Assembly (NCBI GenBank): GCA_029856105.1
Contig: JAHQWH010000224.1
Location: 14,463-78,462, forward strand
From: Promethearchaeia archaeon
GTDB lineage: Archaea; Asgardarchaeota; Lokiarchaeia; Sigyniarchaeales; SOKP01
Length of the DNA stretch: 64,000 bases
Reading direction: 5' to 3'
The translations under genes were made by a program, and so were the position numbers. The notes under the pieces were generated by a model. That model ran no database searches. It was not told where the DNA came from and saw only the letters and a list, made by a program, of their open reading frames with translations. Below, one piece after another: positions 18,883-27,660 of this stretch (the first letter of the stretch is position 1; each line of letters starts with the position of its first letter).

Positions 18883-21420
18883 TTACCACCATATTAAGTC
18901 CTTTATTATCTTAAAATCTAAATCATCAAGATTAATAGTTTCGTCATTTTCAAATACTATTAAATTTTCTTCTATCTTTTTAATATTTTTTCCAAATAGA
19001 TTAGAAAGAGATTCGTGTACATCAACTTTATCGTATAATTTGGTAAAATCAACATTGACCGAATTTTTCTCATAATCTATTTCTAAAGCGTCAATCAATT
19101 TAGGGTCTTTCAAAAATATATAATTATTGTAAGGATCCTTTTGAGAAATCTCAAAAAACTCAGTATCTTTATATTTAGCTTTCTTTAAGATATCTTCATA
19201 TTGTTCAAGTTCATAATACTTAAAAAATCCTCCACCTTGCCAATTAACCATTTTTGTAATTCCAACTTTTTTTATATTTTTAGTAGCTCTTTCTCTACCA
19301 GCTAAAACTCTCTTCATTCTCGGTAAGACAACCTTATTATAATGTTCTCCCATTTCAATACCTATCCACTTTCTTTTTAATTTTTGAGCAACTGCACATG
19401 TAGTACCTGAGCCGAGAAAGAAGTCTAAAACGATATCATTAACGTTACTCGTAGACAATATTATTCGGGCTAACAATTTTTCAGTTTTTTGTGTATTAAA
19501 TCCCTGATTTTCATTTCGATTTATTGCAGAATGTCTGAAACTTTGTATATCAGTCCACACATTTCCAATTACATCAAAGAAGTATATCTCATCCCAGTCT
19601 TGGTCTATTTTTAATTTTTTAAAAAGAGATCTTTTAGTAAACATACCATTTTCCCAATATGGCATATACAAATCATTAAATATCGTTTTAATTTTTCCCT
19701 TTTCTTTAATCTTTGTGGTTGTAGCAATCAAATTAGGACTAAATGGTTGAAATAGGCCATCTGAAAAATAGTTAATATAAGAATCCTCGATTAAATAGCT
19801 TTTAAGTAATTCTAAACATTGATTTGTAAATTTGGGTTTATTCTGACCTTTTAATCCTATGAGATATCTGTCTTTAATTTTTACAATCTTATTAAAGGTG
19901 AATTGATCACTTTTTGAGTAGTGTAGAATAATTTCCGATTGTTCCACGAACTTCTTTGGTATTATTTCATGCTTTTTATTGAAACCGAGAAAAGTGCAGA
20001 TATCAGCTCTAAAATTACCTTCTTGAAATATCGAATTTAAAAGGAATTTACCTAAATAATTAGCATTATCATCTAAATGCATAAAAATACTTCCTTTTGA
20101 GTTTAATAAATCTTTAGCCAGATCTAAACGATTCTCCATAAATGTAAGCCATGTAGAGTCTTGGAATTTGTCAATATAATCAAAATCTTGACCAGTGTTA
20201 AAAGGGGGATCAATATATATGGTTTGGATTTTATCTCTAAATTTGTTCAAAATTGTTCGAAGACCTTGATAATTTTCGCTCTTAATAAGCCACCCATCTA
20301 AATTATTATGTAAATTATCAAATACATTTAATATATCATATTTTATATCTGGAAAGTACTTGGTATCTATTGGAAGATATTTATAATTTAAATTAAGTTT
20401 CAGTCCTTCTAAATCTCTAACATAAATTTCTTTTTTATCAAATTCTTCATCAAGTATACCAAGGTCTCTCCATTCTTTTATTTGCTGATCCAAATTTGAA
20501 TGATTAAATATTTTTTTTATGATTTCAAAATCTATATCAGCAATCTTGTTAAGGGTTATGACATAATCAGAATTCTTAACAAATCTTGGTTTATTCCAGA
20601 TTTTTACTAATTCGTTTTCAAATTGACTAATAAAATCAATAATCTTATATGAAAAATCTCTTAAAATTTGAAGTTCACTAATGCGATTTTCCGTCCATTT
20701 ACTCTCACCTTTGAAAATATATTCATAAATCCAGAGATTGAATTGTTCTTTTAGAAATTCTTTTACATTCTTATTAATAAAAAAATCTATTTCACTTTGT
20801 TTATTAAAGACTTTAAATGCTTTAAGTACCAATTGTCTTGAAATATTTATACTATTTTCTTTTATATTTTTTAGAATTCCTGTTAGTTTTGCCTCACTCG
20901 GTTGAGCATTTATTACTTTAAAACTCAAATCATTATTTTCTCCTCTTTTCTTAAATTCAAAATATAATTGTTTGTTTTTATTATATTTATTCTTATCAAG
21001 AGAGTCCATGTTAAAACTGAATCGAAAATCCTCTAATTCAAAATGTAAATTTTCAAAAACCCTCTCAGTCTTAACATAATAGAGCATATGAGTCTTCCAA
21101 AAAAGAAATATATCTTTATTATCAGTATATACTCTCTCATAAATATTTTGATGTAGAGGAGTATATTGAAAATATATCGAGCCAATTTCCGAAAAGTATC
21201 TTTTGAAAAAGGTGTATAACTTATCGAAAAACTCTTCTCTAAAATCTGAATATTCTTCTAATTTCTTGTTAATATCTTGTTTGAGTATCTTAAAAATTTT
21301 CTTAAAATACAAGGATTTAATTCTTATTAAATTTATATAACCTGATTTAATTTCATCCTCAATTTCAACTCCTATAAATATTTTTTCTAATGTTTCATAA
21401 AATAATTCTTCCTTTGTTAT
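18883..21420 (-). CDS. mod: Type III R-M Mod subunit (N6-adenine methyltransferase, beta class); start extended to ATA at 21420
   Basis: IYIDPPF precedes LDFFLGSGTT; LFWKTHMLYYVK; in-frame N-terminal TKEELFYETLEKIFIG...GYINLIRIKS upstream of the annotated TTG. Confidence 0.92.
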   Translation of the reverse strand: MTKEELFYETLEKIFIGVEIEDEIKSGYINLIRIKSLYFKKIFKILKQDINKKLEEYSDFREEFFDKLYTFFKRYFSEIGSIYFQYTPLHQNIYERVYTDNKDIFLFWKTHMLYYVKTERVFENLHFELEDFRFSFNMDSLDKNKYNKNKQLYFEFKKRGENNDLSFKVINAQPSEAKLTGILKNIKENSINISRQLVLKAFKVFNKQSEIDFFINKNVKEFLKEQFNLWIYEYIFKGESKWTENRISELQILRDFSYKIIDFISQFENELVKIWNKPRFVKNSDYVITLNKIADIDFEIIKKIFNHSNLDQQIKEWRDLGILDEEFDKKEIYVRDLEGLKLNLNYKYLPIDTKYFPDIKYDILNVFDNLHNNLDGWLIKSENYQGLRTILNKFRDKIQTIYIDPPFNTGQDFDYIDKFQDSTWLTFMENRLDLAKDLLNSKGSIFMHLDDNANYLGKFLLNSIFQEGNFRADICTFLGFNKKHEIIPKKFVEQSEIILHYSKSDQFTFNKIVKIKDRYLIGLKGQNKPKFTNQCLELLKSYLIEDSYINYFSDGLFQPFSPNLIATTTKIKEKGKIKTIFNDLYMPYWENGMFTKRSLFKKLKIDQDWDEIYFFDVIGNVWTDIQSFRHSAINRNENQGFNTQKTEKLLARIILSTSNVNDIVLDFFLGSGTTCAVAQKLKRKWIGIEMGEHYNKVVLPRMKRVLAGRERATKNIKKVGITKMVNWQGGGFFKYYELEQYEDILKKAKYKDTEFFEISQKDPYNNYIFLKDPKLIDALEIDYEKNSVNVDFTKLYDKVDVHESLSNLFGKNIKKIEENLIVFENDETINLDDLDFKIIKDLIWW

Positions 21421-21477
21421 AGTTCCTCACCTTTAATGTACAAGTCTTAATTTTTAGAGAATATGAGAATATTTTTC

Positions 21478-22473
21478 TTAGATTTCTTTAAATATATTCA
21501 AACAGGGTGTTTGAATTCCTTGAAATTTATTTTTCCAATGATATACAACTCTTAGTATCTTTTTACCATTGGATTGAATAATACAATTAGTTTGATCATC
21601 CGCAAAAGCTATTTTTACATCGCTCTTAATTATCCCTTGAATCTCTTTTCCCAAATCATCTTTAGAAACGATGATTTTACCTTGTATTTCGTTAGTATAA
21701 TAAACATAGTATATGTTAAGAATTTTAAAAATATCATTATATTTCAAGTTCAAAATATGGTTTAGTTGTTCTCGGGTGTGATATCCGATATACATTGCTA
21801 TTATAAATTTTTTTATATACTCGGGATCTTGTTCAATGTCCTTCAGATAATTTAAATAATCAATTTTGTCTTGTCTAGCGAATTTAATTATTGTACAAAT
21901 TATTGATGCTACTTGACTTATACTTGGTGTATTTATGTAATTACAAACAACACTCGCAATATATTTTTTTCCTGTTTTTTCAATGAACTTCTTTTTGAGA
22001 AAAGCCCCTTTTTTTTTAATCTGATTATTTATAGAGCCACTGCCTAGATTACTCGGATACTCTTTATATTCGTTCAATAAATCTAAAACTCGTTTAGGAA
22101 AGTTATAGTTGTCTCTATATTCACTCCAGGACATTATATCTTCTTTTTTAAATAAATTAGATGTTGTTAAAGCCTCTTGGCTAATATTAGCCAATGTGCC
22201 TTTTCCTTTTTTCGATTCACTCATCTTTAATTCAATATATATCCAATCATCAGTTAATATTTTAATATCTCCAATTTCTCCTGCCCCATATGTATTTCCA
22301 ATATGTTCTGCTTGTTTAATATCTCCGAAATCTCTTATTATTGCTTTCTCCGTTTCTAATGAATGTTTAATCCATTTATTCTTTTTTTGTTTAGCAGATA
22401 TAATTTTTTTGTTTAATAAATCAACCACTATCCTTTCTGCGTCTTCAATGTCTTGTCTTTCGTGTTGGCCCAA
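21478..22473 (-). CDS. Putative type II restriction endonuclease (PD-(D/E)XK)
   Basis: IGDIKIL...IYIELKMS catalytic-type motif; located between a wHTH regulator and R-M genes, divergent from a gamma-class MTase. Confidence 0.72.
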   Translation of the reverse strand: MGQHERQDIEDAERIVVDLLNKKIISAKQKKNKWIKHSLETEKAIIRDFGDIKQAEHIGNTYGAGEIGDIKILTDDWIYIELKMSESKKGKGTLANISQEALTTSNLFKKEDIMSWSEYRDNYNFPKRVLDLLNEYKEYPSNLGSGSINNQIKKKGAFLKKKFIEKTGKKYIASVVCNYINTPSISQVASIICTIIKFARQDKIDYLNYLKDIEQDPEYIKKFIIAMYIGYHTREQLNHILNLKYNDIFKILNIYYVYYTNEIQGKIIVSKDDLGKEIQGIIKSDVKIAFADDQTNCIIQSNGKKILRVVYHWKNKFQGIQTPCLNIFKEI

Positions 22474-22525
22474 ATTTATTACCTTAAGAAATAATACTTT
22501 AAGTCTATTTTAAAAAGACATTAAA

Positions 22526-22561
22526 GGTAATGTCCAAATACTTACCAGATTATTACCAGAA
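22526..22561. promoter_or_regulatory. Operator-like TTACCAGA direct repeats (11-bp period) with an inverted GGTAA, upstream of the REase
   Basis: TTACCAGA at 22542 and 22553; GGTAA at 22526. Confidence 0.55.
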
Positions 22562-22566
22562 AAGAG

Positions 22567-22824
22567 TTATAGTTCAGATTTTATTTTCTCAGAAATTTTT
22601 TTTCCTAATTCAGTTAAAGTATAAATCTTTCCTTTTTTTGATGTTTCATTCAGACATTCTACAACATTTTTGCTTTTTAACTCTGATAAAGCACGACTTA
22701 TATGAGATAATTGAATTTTTAATTCTTTAGCTAATGTACTGGGTAAATAATTCTTATATTTTAGTTTTTCAACAATTAATCTTCGATAATTACTTGCCAT
22801 TATATATCCAATATCATCCCACAT
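22567..22824 (-). CDS. Winged-helix (ArsR/MarR-like) regulator, putative R-M controller
   Basis: PSTLAKELKIQLSHISRALSELKSKNVVECL...KGKIYTLTELG; ATG at 22824. Confidence 0.85.
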   Translation of the reverse strand: MWDDIGYIMASNYRRLIVEKLKYKNYLPSTLAKELKIQLSHISRALSELKSKNVVECLNETSKKGKIYTLTELGKKISEKIKSEL

Positions 22825-22864
22825 TATTATCAATTAGAAAATTTGAAATAAAGATAATAAATTA

Positions 22865-22904
22865 TATTACCATAATATTACCAAATTATTACCAATACCA
22901 GATT
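22865..22904. promoter_or_regulatory. Operator-like TATTACCA tandem repeats (11-bp period) in the divergent regulator/MTase promoter
   Basis: TTACCA at 22867, 22878 and 22889, plus TACCAGATT at 22896. Confidence 0.6.
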
Positions 22905-22948
22905 AATAAAAAAATATAAGTTTAAATTGAAAACACTAGAGGAATAAT

Positions 22949-24499
22949 ATGCTAGAACCGAAAGAAAATGAACTCAATAAAGAAAAAGATTTAGGATTAG
23001 TTACGACTCCCCTTAAAACTGCTGAATATATCATTTCGAAGCTACTACCCTTAGAGAATAAAAGAATCTTAGACCCTTGCGTCGGCCCCGGTATTTTTAT
23101 TAAGAAACTCCTTGAAGCGGGTGTACGAGAATCTCAAATTCAAGCATTTGATATTAATTCTGATTATAGAAATCAAATAGAAGCTATGGGTGTTAATTTT
23201 AAAAAACAAGATTACTTATTATCCCTCTCGGCTTTTAACTATAATGAGTTTGATATAATAATTGGAAACCCTCCATACTTGAATAAGGCTAGTCAATATG
23301 TGAGAAAAAATAAATCTAAATTACAAAAGATATATGGTAAGATAAATGCACATGAAACATATTCCATGTTTATTGTTAGTAGTATTAGGAGATTAAAAAA
23401 TCGAGGAAAACTGGGTTTTATCACTAGTGATTCTTTTTTAACACTTAATACCCATACAAAATTAAGGAGATTTATTTTAAGTACATGTAAAATTATGGAA
23501 ATTCTGTTACCTCCTAAAAATTTATTTGATGATCAAAATGTTAGCACGAGTCCTGTAATCATTATTTTAGAGAAATGTTCAGGTAAAGAAAATAAGAAAG
23601 AGAGATTTAATAACATAGTAAGAGCAATTCCTCGAATAACAAATGAGGAAGAATACTTAAATCCCCTGAAAATATTTGAATTTAAACAAGAAAGATATCA
23701 CCAATTACCTTTTCAAATATTTTTTACTAATATTGAAGAAGAAATAATTGATTTGTTTGCCAATTCCTCTCGATTGGAAAATTACATAAAAGGTGATATA
23801 GGTATGCATACTCGCAACAATTTGGAACATATTGCAGCTATTGAAGGTACAGAATTAGCTGAAATTTTTAAAAAACGAAATAAAAGTATCAAGGATCAAA
23901 ATAAGCAATATACTATAATAACTGAAGAGGAATTAAGCTCTAATAGGTGGAAACCGTATATGAAGCGTGGAGGTGGTGACCAATACTATAGACCAATAAT
24001 GGAAGCTGTTGATTGGAGAGAGGAATCTGTAAAAAAATACATAATACCAAAAAATATTGAATTCCAAAAAGAAGGAATCGTATTCAGTGGTGTTAGTTCA
24101 CGATTAGCCGTAAGATATATGCCAGAGGGGTGTTATTGGGACTCTAATAAAGCAATTGGCTTCTATATTATAGATCAAAATATCTCCATAGAGTATGCAT
24201 TAGGAGTTCTTAATTCTTCACTATATAACTACCTAATGAAGGGTATTTTAAATAATACAAACTCTATTCAAATAACTGGAATCAAGGCATTACCATTTAT
24301 CCCCCCCGATAATGGTATTAAAGAAAAAATTGAAAATTTGGTTAGAATAATTATTAATAATAAAAAAAAAGATTGTAATTATGATTATACTGAGGAACAA
24401 AAAGAAATTGATAATATTATTTTTGAATTCTACACAAAACGGTTTAATTTCAAGGAAAACTTGAAAAAGAAATTAAATAAATACTATTCTATCTATTAA
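22949..24499 (+). CDS. Type II N6-adenine DNA methyltransferase (gamma class, TaqI/Eco57I-like); on the + strand despite the ORF-track label
   Basis: ATG CTA GAA CCG reads on + at 22949 and TAA at 24497-24499; ILDPCVGPGIF (motif I) precedes IIGNPPY (motif IV); C-terminal LGVLNSSL...LPF. Confidence 0.92.
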   Translation: MLEPKENELNKEKDLGLVTTPLKTAEYIISKLLPLENKRILDPCVGPGIFIKKLLEAGVRESQIQAFDINSDYRNQIEAMGVNFKKQDYLLSLSAFNYNEFDIIIGNPPYLNKASQYVRKNKSKLQKIYGKINAHETYSMFIVSSIRRLKNRGKLGFITSDSFLTLNTHTKLRRFILSTCKIMEILLPPKNLFDDQNVSTSPVIIILEKCSGKENKKERFNNIVRAIPRITNEEEYLNPLKIFEFKQERYHQLPFQIFFTNIEEEIIDLFANSSRLENYIKGDIGMHTRNNLEHIAAIEGTELAEIFKKRNKSIKDQNKQYTIITEEELSSNRWKPYMKRGGGDQYYRPIMEAVDWREESVKKYIIPKNIEFQKEGIVFSGVSSRLAVRYMPEGCYWDSNKAIGFYIIDQNISIEYALGVLNSSLYNYLMKGILNNTNSIQITGIKALPFIPPDNGIKEKIENLVRIIINNKKKDCNYDYTEEQKEIDNIIFEFYTKRFNFKENLKKKLNKYYSIY

Positions 24500-24845
24500 A
24501 ATAACATTTATGATATCTCAATGCTATTAATTTTAATAAATCATAAGGGATAAAAAATTTTAGACCCTTTCTGGTTTTTGAATGAGTTTTTCCCGGTTTA
24601 GAATAAAATCTTACGGATATTAGAGGATATGTTAACAATTAAGATTTAGCTTCTTTAGATAAATATTTAGAAAGAAAGGAGAAAGAAAAGGAAAAAGAGG
24701 AGAGAAACAAGAAAAAACCCTTACTTTTTGAAATTGCTGGTAAGGATAGAGATGATTGGTTACAGGAACGCTAAAACCACAATATTTGATTCTTAACTCA
24801 TAAATTACTAAAAGGTCGTTCTTATTCTGTGGTAACTATATTCCC

Positions 24846-25031
24846 CTATTTTTCTAAAGGTTTAATATATAAAATAGCTCCACAGGTGGGACACTCCTTT
24901 TCTATATCACCAATATCAAATTTAACCATATTATATTTATGGTCTTTGGGATTTCCTTGTATGTTAGAGCAACTAGGACATACAAATGCCCATCCATTTA
25001 ATTTGAATTCTCCAATATAAATTTTTTTCAT
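24846..25031 (-). CDS. Small Zn-ribbon protein
   Basis: CPSC...CPTC; ATG 10 nt after the stop of the upstream HEPN gene. Confidence 0.65.
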   Translation of the reverse strand: MKKIYIGEFKLNGWAFVCPSCSNIQGNPKDHKYNMVKFDIGDIEKECPTCGAILYIKPLEK

Positions 25032-25041
25032 AATTTTTTTC

Positions 25042-26019
25042 TTAATATTTTTTTGTAATTTGGATATTCTTATCTATTTTTATAAGTTTAGTTATTAATG
25101 GACTTGGAAAACCAGAGCCTTTACATATTTCAAATCCATTATTATTTGAAATTGCAACACATATCGTAGAATAATCTGATACTTTTTCAAGTTTTATTCT
25201 CTCTAAATCTGTTACCTCAAGACTATGCATTTGTTCCTCAAATTTTAACGCTTGTGCTATTTTTTCTACAAAAAAGTTAAATTCTCGAAATGCTAGTTTA
25301 AAAAAATCATAAGCATCTCTATTATTGTATTTATAATTTTGTGGTTGAGCTTTTGGATTATCTGGTAAAATAATTAATAATTTTTCTTTAGGGTAAATTT
25401 GTAAATAAGAATGAATAACTAAATTGAAAATATGTTGTTCAATATTTCTATACTTTCGAATCAATTCACCGTTACTTTTCCAATATTCTTTTACAATTCC
25501 TTGTATCTCATGTGAAAATCTTGATAAAAGATTTTTATTATCTACAAAAGAATAAAATGAATTTAGAGCCTTTTTGAATTTTTTTTTATACTTTTTATAA
25601 TGTTGTTCAGTTTCGTTTTCTTTGATATCTCGTGGCTTAAGAGAGATATTACCGGCTTTGGCGATTATAGGCATTATTCGGTCTTGAAGTATATACATCG
25701 TATTCAAAAAAGGCATAAGCAATGATAAATATTCATCTACTATAGATGATTGAAAAACAAAATGCTTACATTTTAAACTGAGCTTTGATTTCATTTCTCT
25801 AAATTGAATAATACTTGCATCATTAAGCATTTCCATTTGTTCAAGTATTCTATAGTCATTTTTTGCGAAAAACATAATTTCAGTAGCTAAATGAAAATAA
25901 TTCATATAGTCTTTATTAACATCTTCTTCTATTGATTTATTTTCTGATTTTTTAAGAAACTGATACCTTAAACCATTAAACTTCAGAAAATATTTTTTCT
26001 TATTAAAAATTAGACTCAT
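25042..26019 (-). CDS. Putative HEPN-domain (Cthe_2314-like) RNase
   Basis: Helical protein with R-x4-H motif (YRNIEQH) preceded by LNTMYILQDRI; likely ATG at 26019, 5 nt after the upstream stop. Confidence 0.6.
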   Translation of the reverse strand: MSLIFNKKKYFLKFNGLRYQFLKKSENKSIEEDVNKDYMNYFHLATEIMFFAKNDYRILEQMEMLNDASIIQFREMKSKLSLKCKHFVFQSSIVDEYLSLLMPFLNTMYILQDRIMPIIAKAGNISLKPRDIKENETEQHYKKYKKKFKKALNSFYSFVDNKNLLSRFSHEIQGIVKEYWKSNGELIRKYRNIEQHIFNLVIHSYLQIYPKEKLLIILPDNPKAQPQNYKYNNRDAYDFFKLAFREFNFFVEKIAQALKFEEQMHSLEVTDLERIKLEKVSDYSTICVAISNNNGFEICKGSGFPSPLITKLIKIDKNIQITKKY

Positions 26020-26024
26020 TTTAC

Positions 26025-26663
26025 TTAAAAGTGAAAATCTTTTTTTCCAAGTATTAGATAACCTTTTACTCCAATTAATAACCATATTATAGGAAAACTT
26101 ATCATAAATATTAGAAATATAAGACCCATCTTAGTTAGTAATAAGTAAGCCCCTATATATCCTCCAGTACCTATCAGACCATAATATACAACCCACACAT
26201 TCCTTACTAAAAATGCTTTCCAAAAGTTAGTATTTTCCTCTTTCTTATCTTTATATTTTGGTTTTTTACTTGTACTAATTCGACCAAGTAAATCAAATAC
26301 ATAAAAATTTTTAAAGGAATCAGTGTTGAATTGTTGTTTTAATCCCTTACCTTTATAATTATCCGTACTATTAATAAAATCTTGAATATCTTGCATCCGT
26401 GTAATCCAAACTCTTTGATATAACTTGAAAAATGTGTCAAGCATCCAAAAAATCAGACTAATAGAAGTGCTATAAATAATGATAATAGTCCCTTGAATAT
26501 TTAATTGAAATCCTAAGATAATAAAAGCTGACCATAGCGTTATACACCATCCTTTAATCTTAAAAGAAAGATTGTCGTAATCCTTAATCCTCTCTTGAAC
26601 CATCACTGCTTCTTTCATTAAAAGTTCTTTCTGATACTCAATAAAACTCATAATTTTAATCAT
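26025..26663 (-). CDS. Multi-pass membrane protein with NLSFKIKGW...FWMLD motif (defence-associated TM effector-like)
   Basis: Two N-terminal and two C-terminal hydrophobic helices; conserved-looking SFKIKGWCITLW and FWMLDTFF segments. Confidence 0.65.
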   Translation of the reverse strand: MIKIMSFIEYQKELLMKEAVMVQERIKDYDNLSFKIKGWCITLWSAFIILGFQLNIQGTIIIIYSTSISLIFWMLDTFFKLYQRVWITRMQDIQDFINSTDNYKGKGLKQQFNTDSFKNFYVFDLLGRISTSKKPKYKDKKEENTNFWKAFLVRNVWVVYYGLIGTGGYIGAYLLLTKMGLIFLIFMISFPIIWLLIGVKGYLILGKKDFHF

Positions 26664-26713
26664 TTTCTTTATTATTAATAATTTTAGACATAAATGACTT
26701 TTAAAAGAGAGTA

Positions 26714-27345
26714 TTAAAGGTTTGTTAATTCAGTTTGACAAGAGATTTTCTTTTGCTCTCTCAATCTATTTTTATTTCCTAAGCTACATATTATTGTGGC
26801 AAATCGTCAACTTTTCATATAATTTTTTCTTTTTGGCTCTAATTCTCCAAAACTATTGGAATCTTGTAACTCGTTGTAGCTTTTATACTCTAACAGAAAA
26901 TTATTTCTAACAGGATTAGCCTCAATTGAGAAGGCGTGAATATCATGAACATGCTTTTTATTGTATTTTCTAATAAATTCTTTAAAATCATCCCAAAATG
27001 AATCTTTCTTTAAACATCTGCCAAGTGTTCTCTGTGAAGGGTTAATATCAGGCTCTAATAAATTCAGATCCAATATTACATCTTCCAATCTTGCTCCATT
27101 TGGATATATTGCCTTTATCTCGTGTTCTGGTATGCATTTCCCTTGTTTATCTCTGCGAGAATAATCAATATAACGAATAAAATATTTCAATCCATAATCG
27201 GCTAAGGATTCCCCCGTATTGCCCTTACTCAGTTTTAACGCTCCCAATCGTTCTGGATACTCCTTTTCTATATCACAGCCAAAATCCTCTGCCAACTCAA
27301 ACTGCGAGTAGTTGCGGGCTATAGTATTTTTATCAAATTCTTCTC
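26714..27345 (-). pseudogene. Degraded PD-(D/E)XK nuclease-like gene (5' truncated, internal TGA at 26807)
   Basis: GNTGESLADYGL helix and HDIHAF...FLLEYKSY; frame stays open about 30 codons past the TGA; no credible start. Confidence 0.45.
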
Positions 27346-27524
27346 TGTTAAAGAGAATCTTAGAAAAAATAGAAAAACTATGGGAAAATTCCCCAAATTT
27401 AAGATTTGAACAATTTATACAGAATATTTTTGGATCTTCATTGACAGAGGAGGCATGCAATGGTTTAACGGAACTGGGTTTATTAGAAAAAAGAACAGAA
27501 AACGAAAAAAGTAAAGAAAATTAA
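27346..27524 (+). pseudogene. Fragment of a small phage-type YihD/DUF1040-like protein
   Basis: LKRILEKIEKLWENSPNLRFEQFIQNIF resembles the RI..IL..I...W...PDLRF.Q small-protein family; N-terminus missing. Confidence 0.4.
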
Positions 27525-27660
27525 ATTTTTCATATTTTAATCCTTTTTTCTATGTTTGAATAATACTAAATAAAAAACTTGATATTTTTGGATTGTTTTA
27601 ACTAAGTAAAAAGTTTTTTGATATTTTATAGTATAATAAGTTATCTAAATTAAAACAACA

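Larger units (their letters stand above)
10600..27600. mobile_element. Defence island (short pAgo system, type III and type II R-M, HEPN operon, remnants) between the divergent mtnP and beta-CASP genes
   Basis: Dense cluster of defence and nuclease genes interrupting housekeeping context; no integrase, tRNA or flanking direct repeat seen, so boundaries are approximate. Confidence 0.75.

Noticed and set aside
18883-21420. Phase-variable mod gene (phasevarion)
   Set aside because: No simple-sequence repeat tract seen beyond ordinary short A/T runs
22949-24499. ORF track lists this 516-aa ORF on the minus strand
   Set aside because: The codons for MLEPKENE... read directly on the + strand from 22949, with TAA at 24497-24499; the strand label is wrong
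26807-26809. TGA read-through (Sec) in the nuclease-like ORF
   Set aside because: No redox or metal-ligand context and the gene is otherwise degraded; a nonsense mutation is more likely
10560-27660. att sites or target-site duplication at the island ends
   Set aside because: No convincing direct or inverted repeat was found by eye in the AT-rich flanks; no integrase or tRNA
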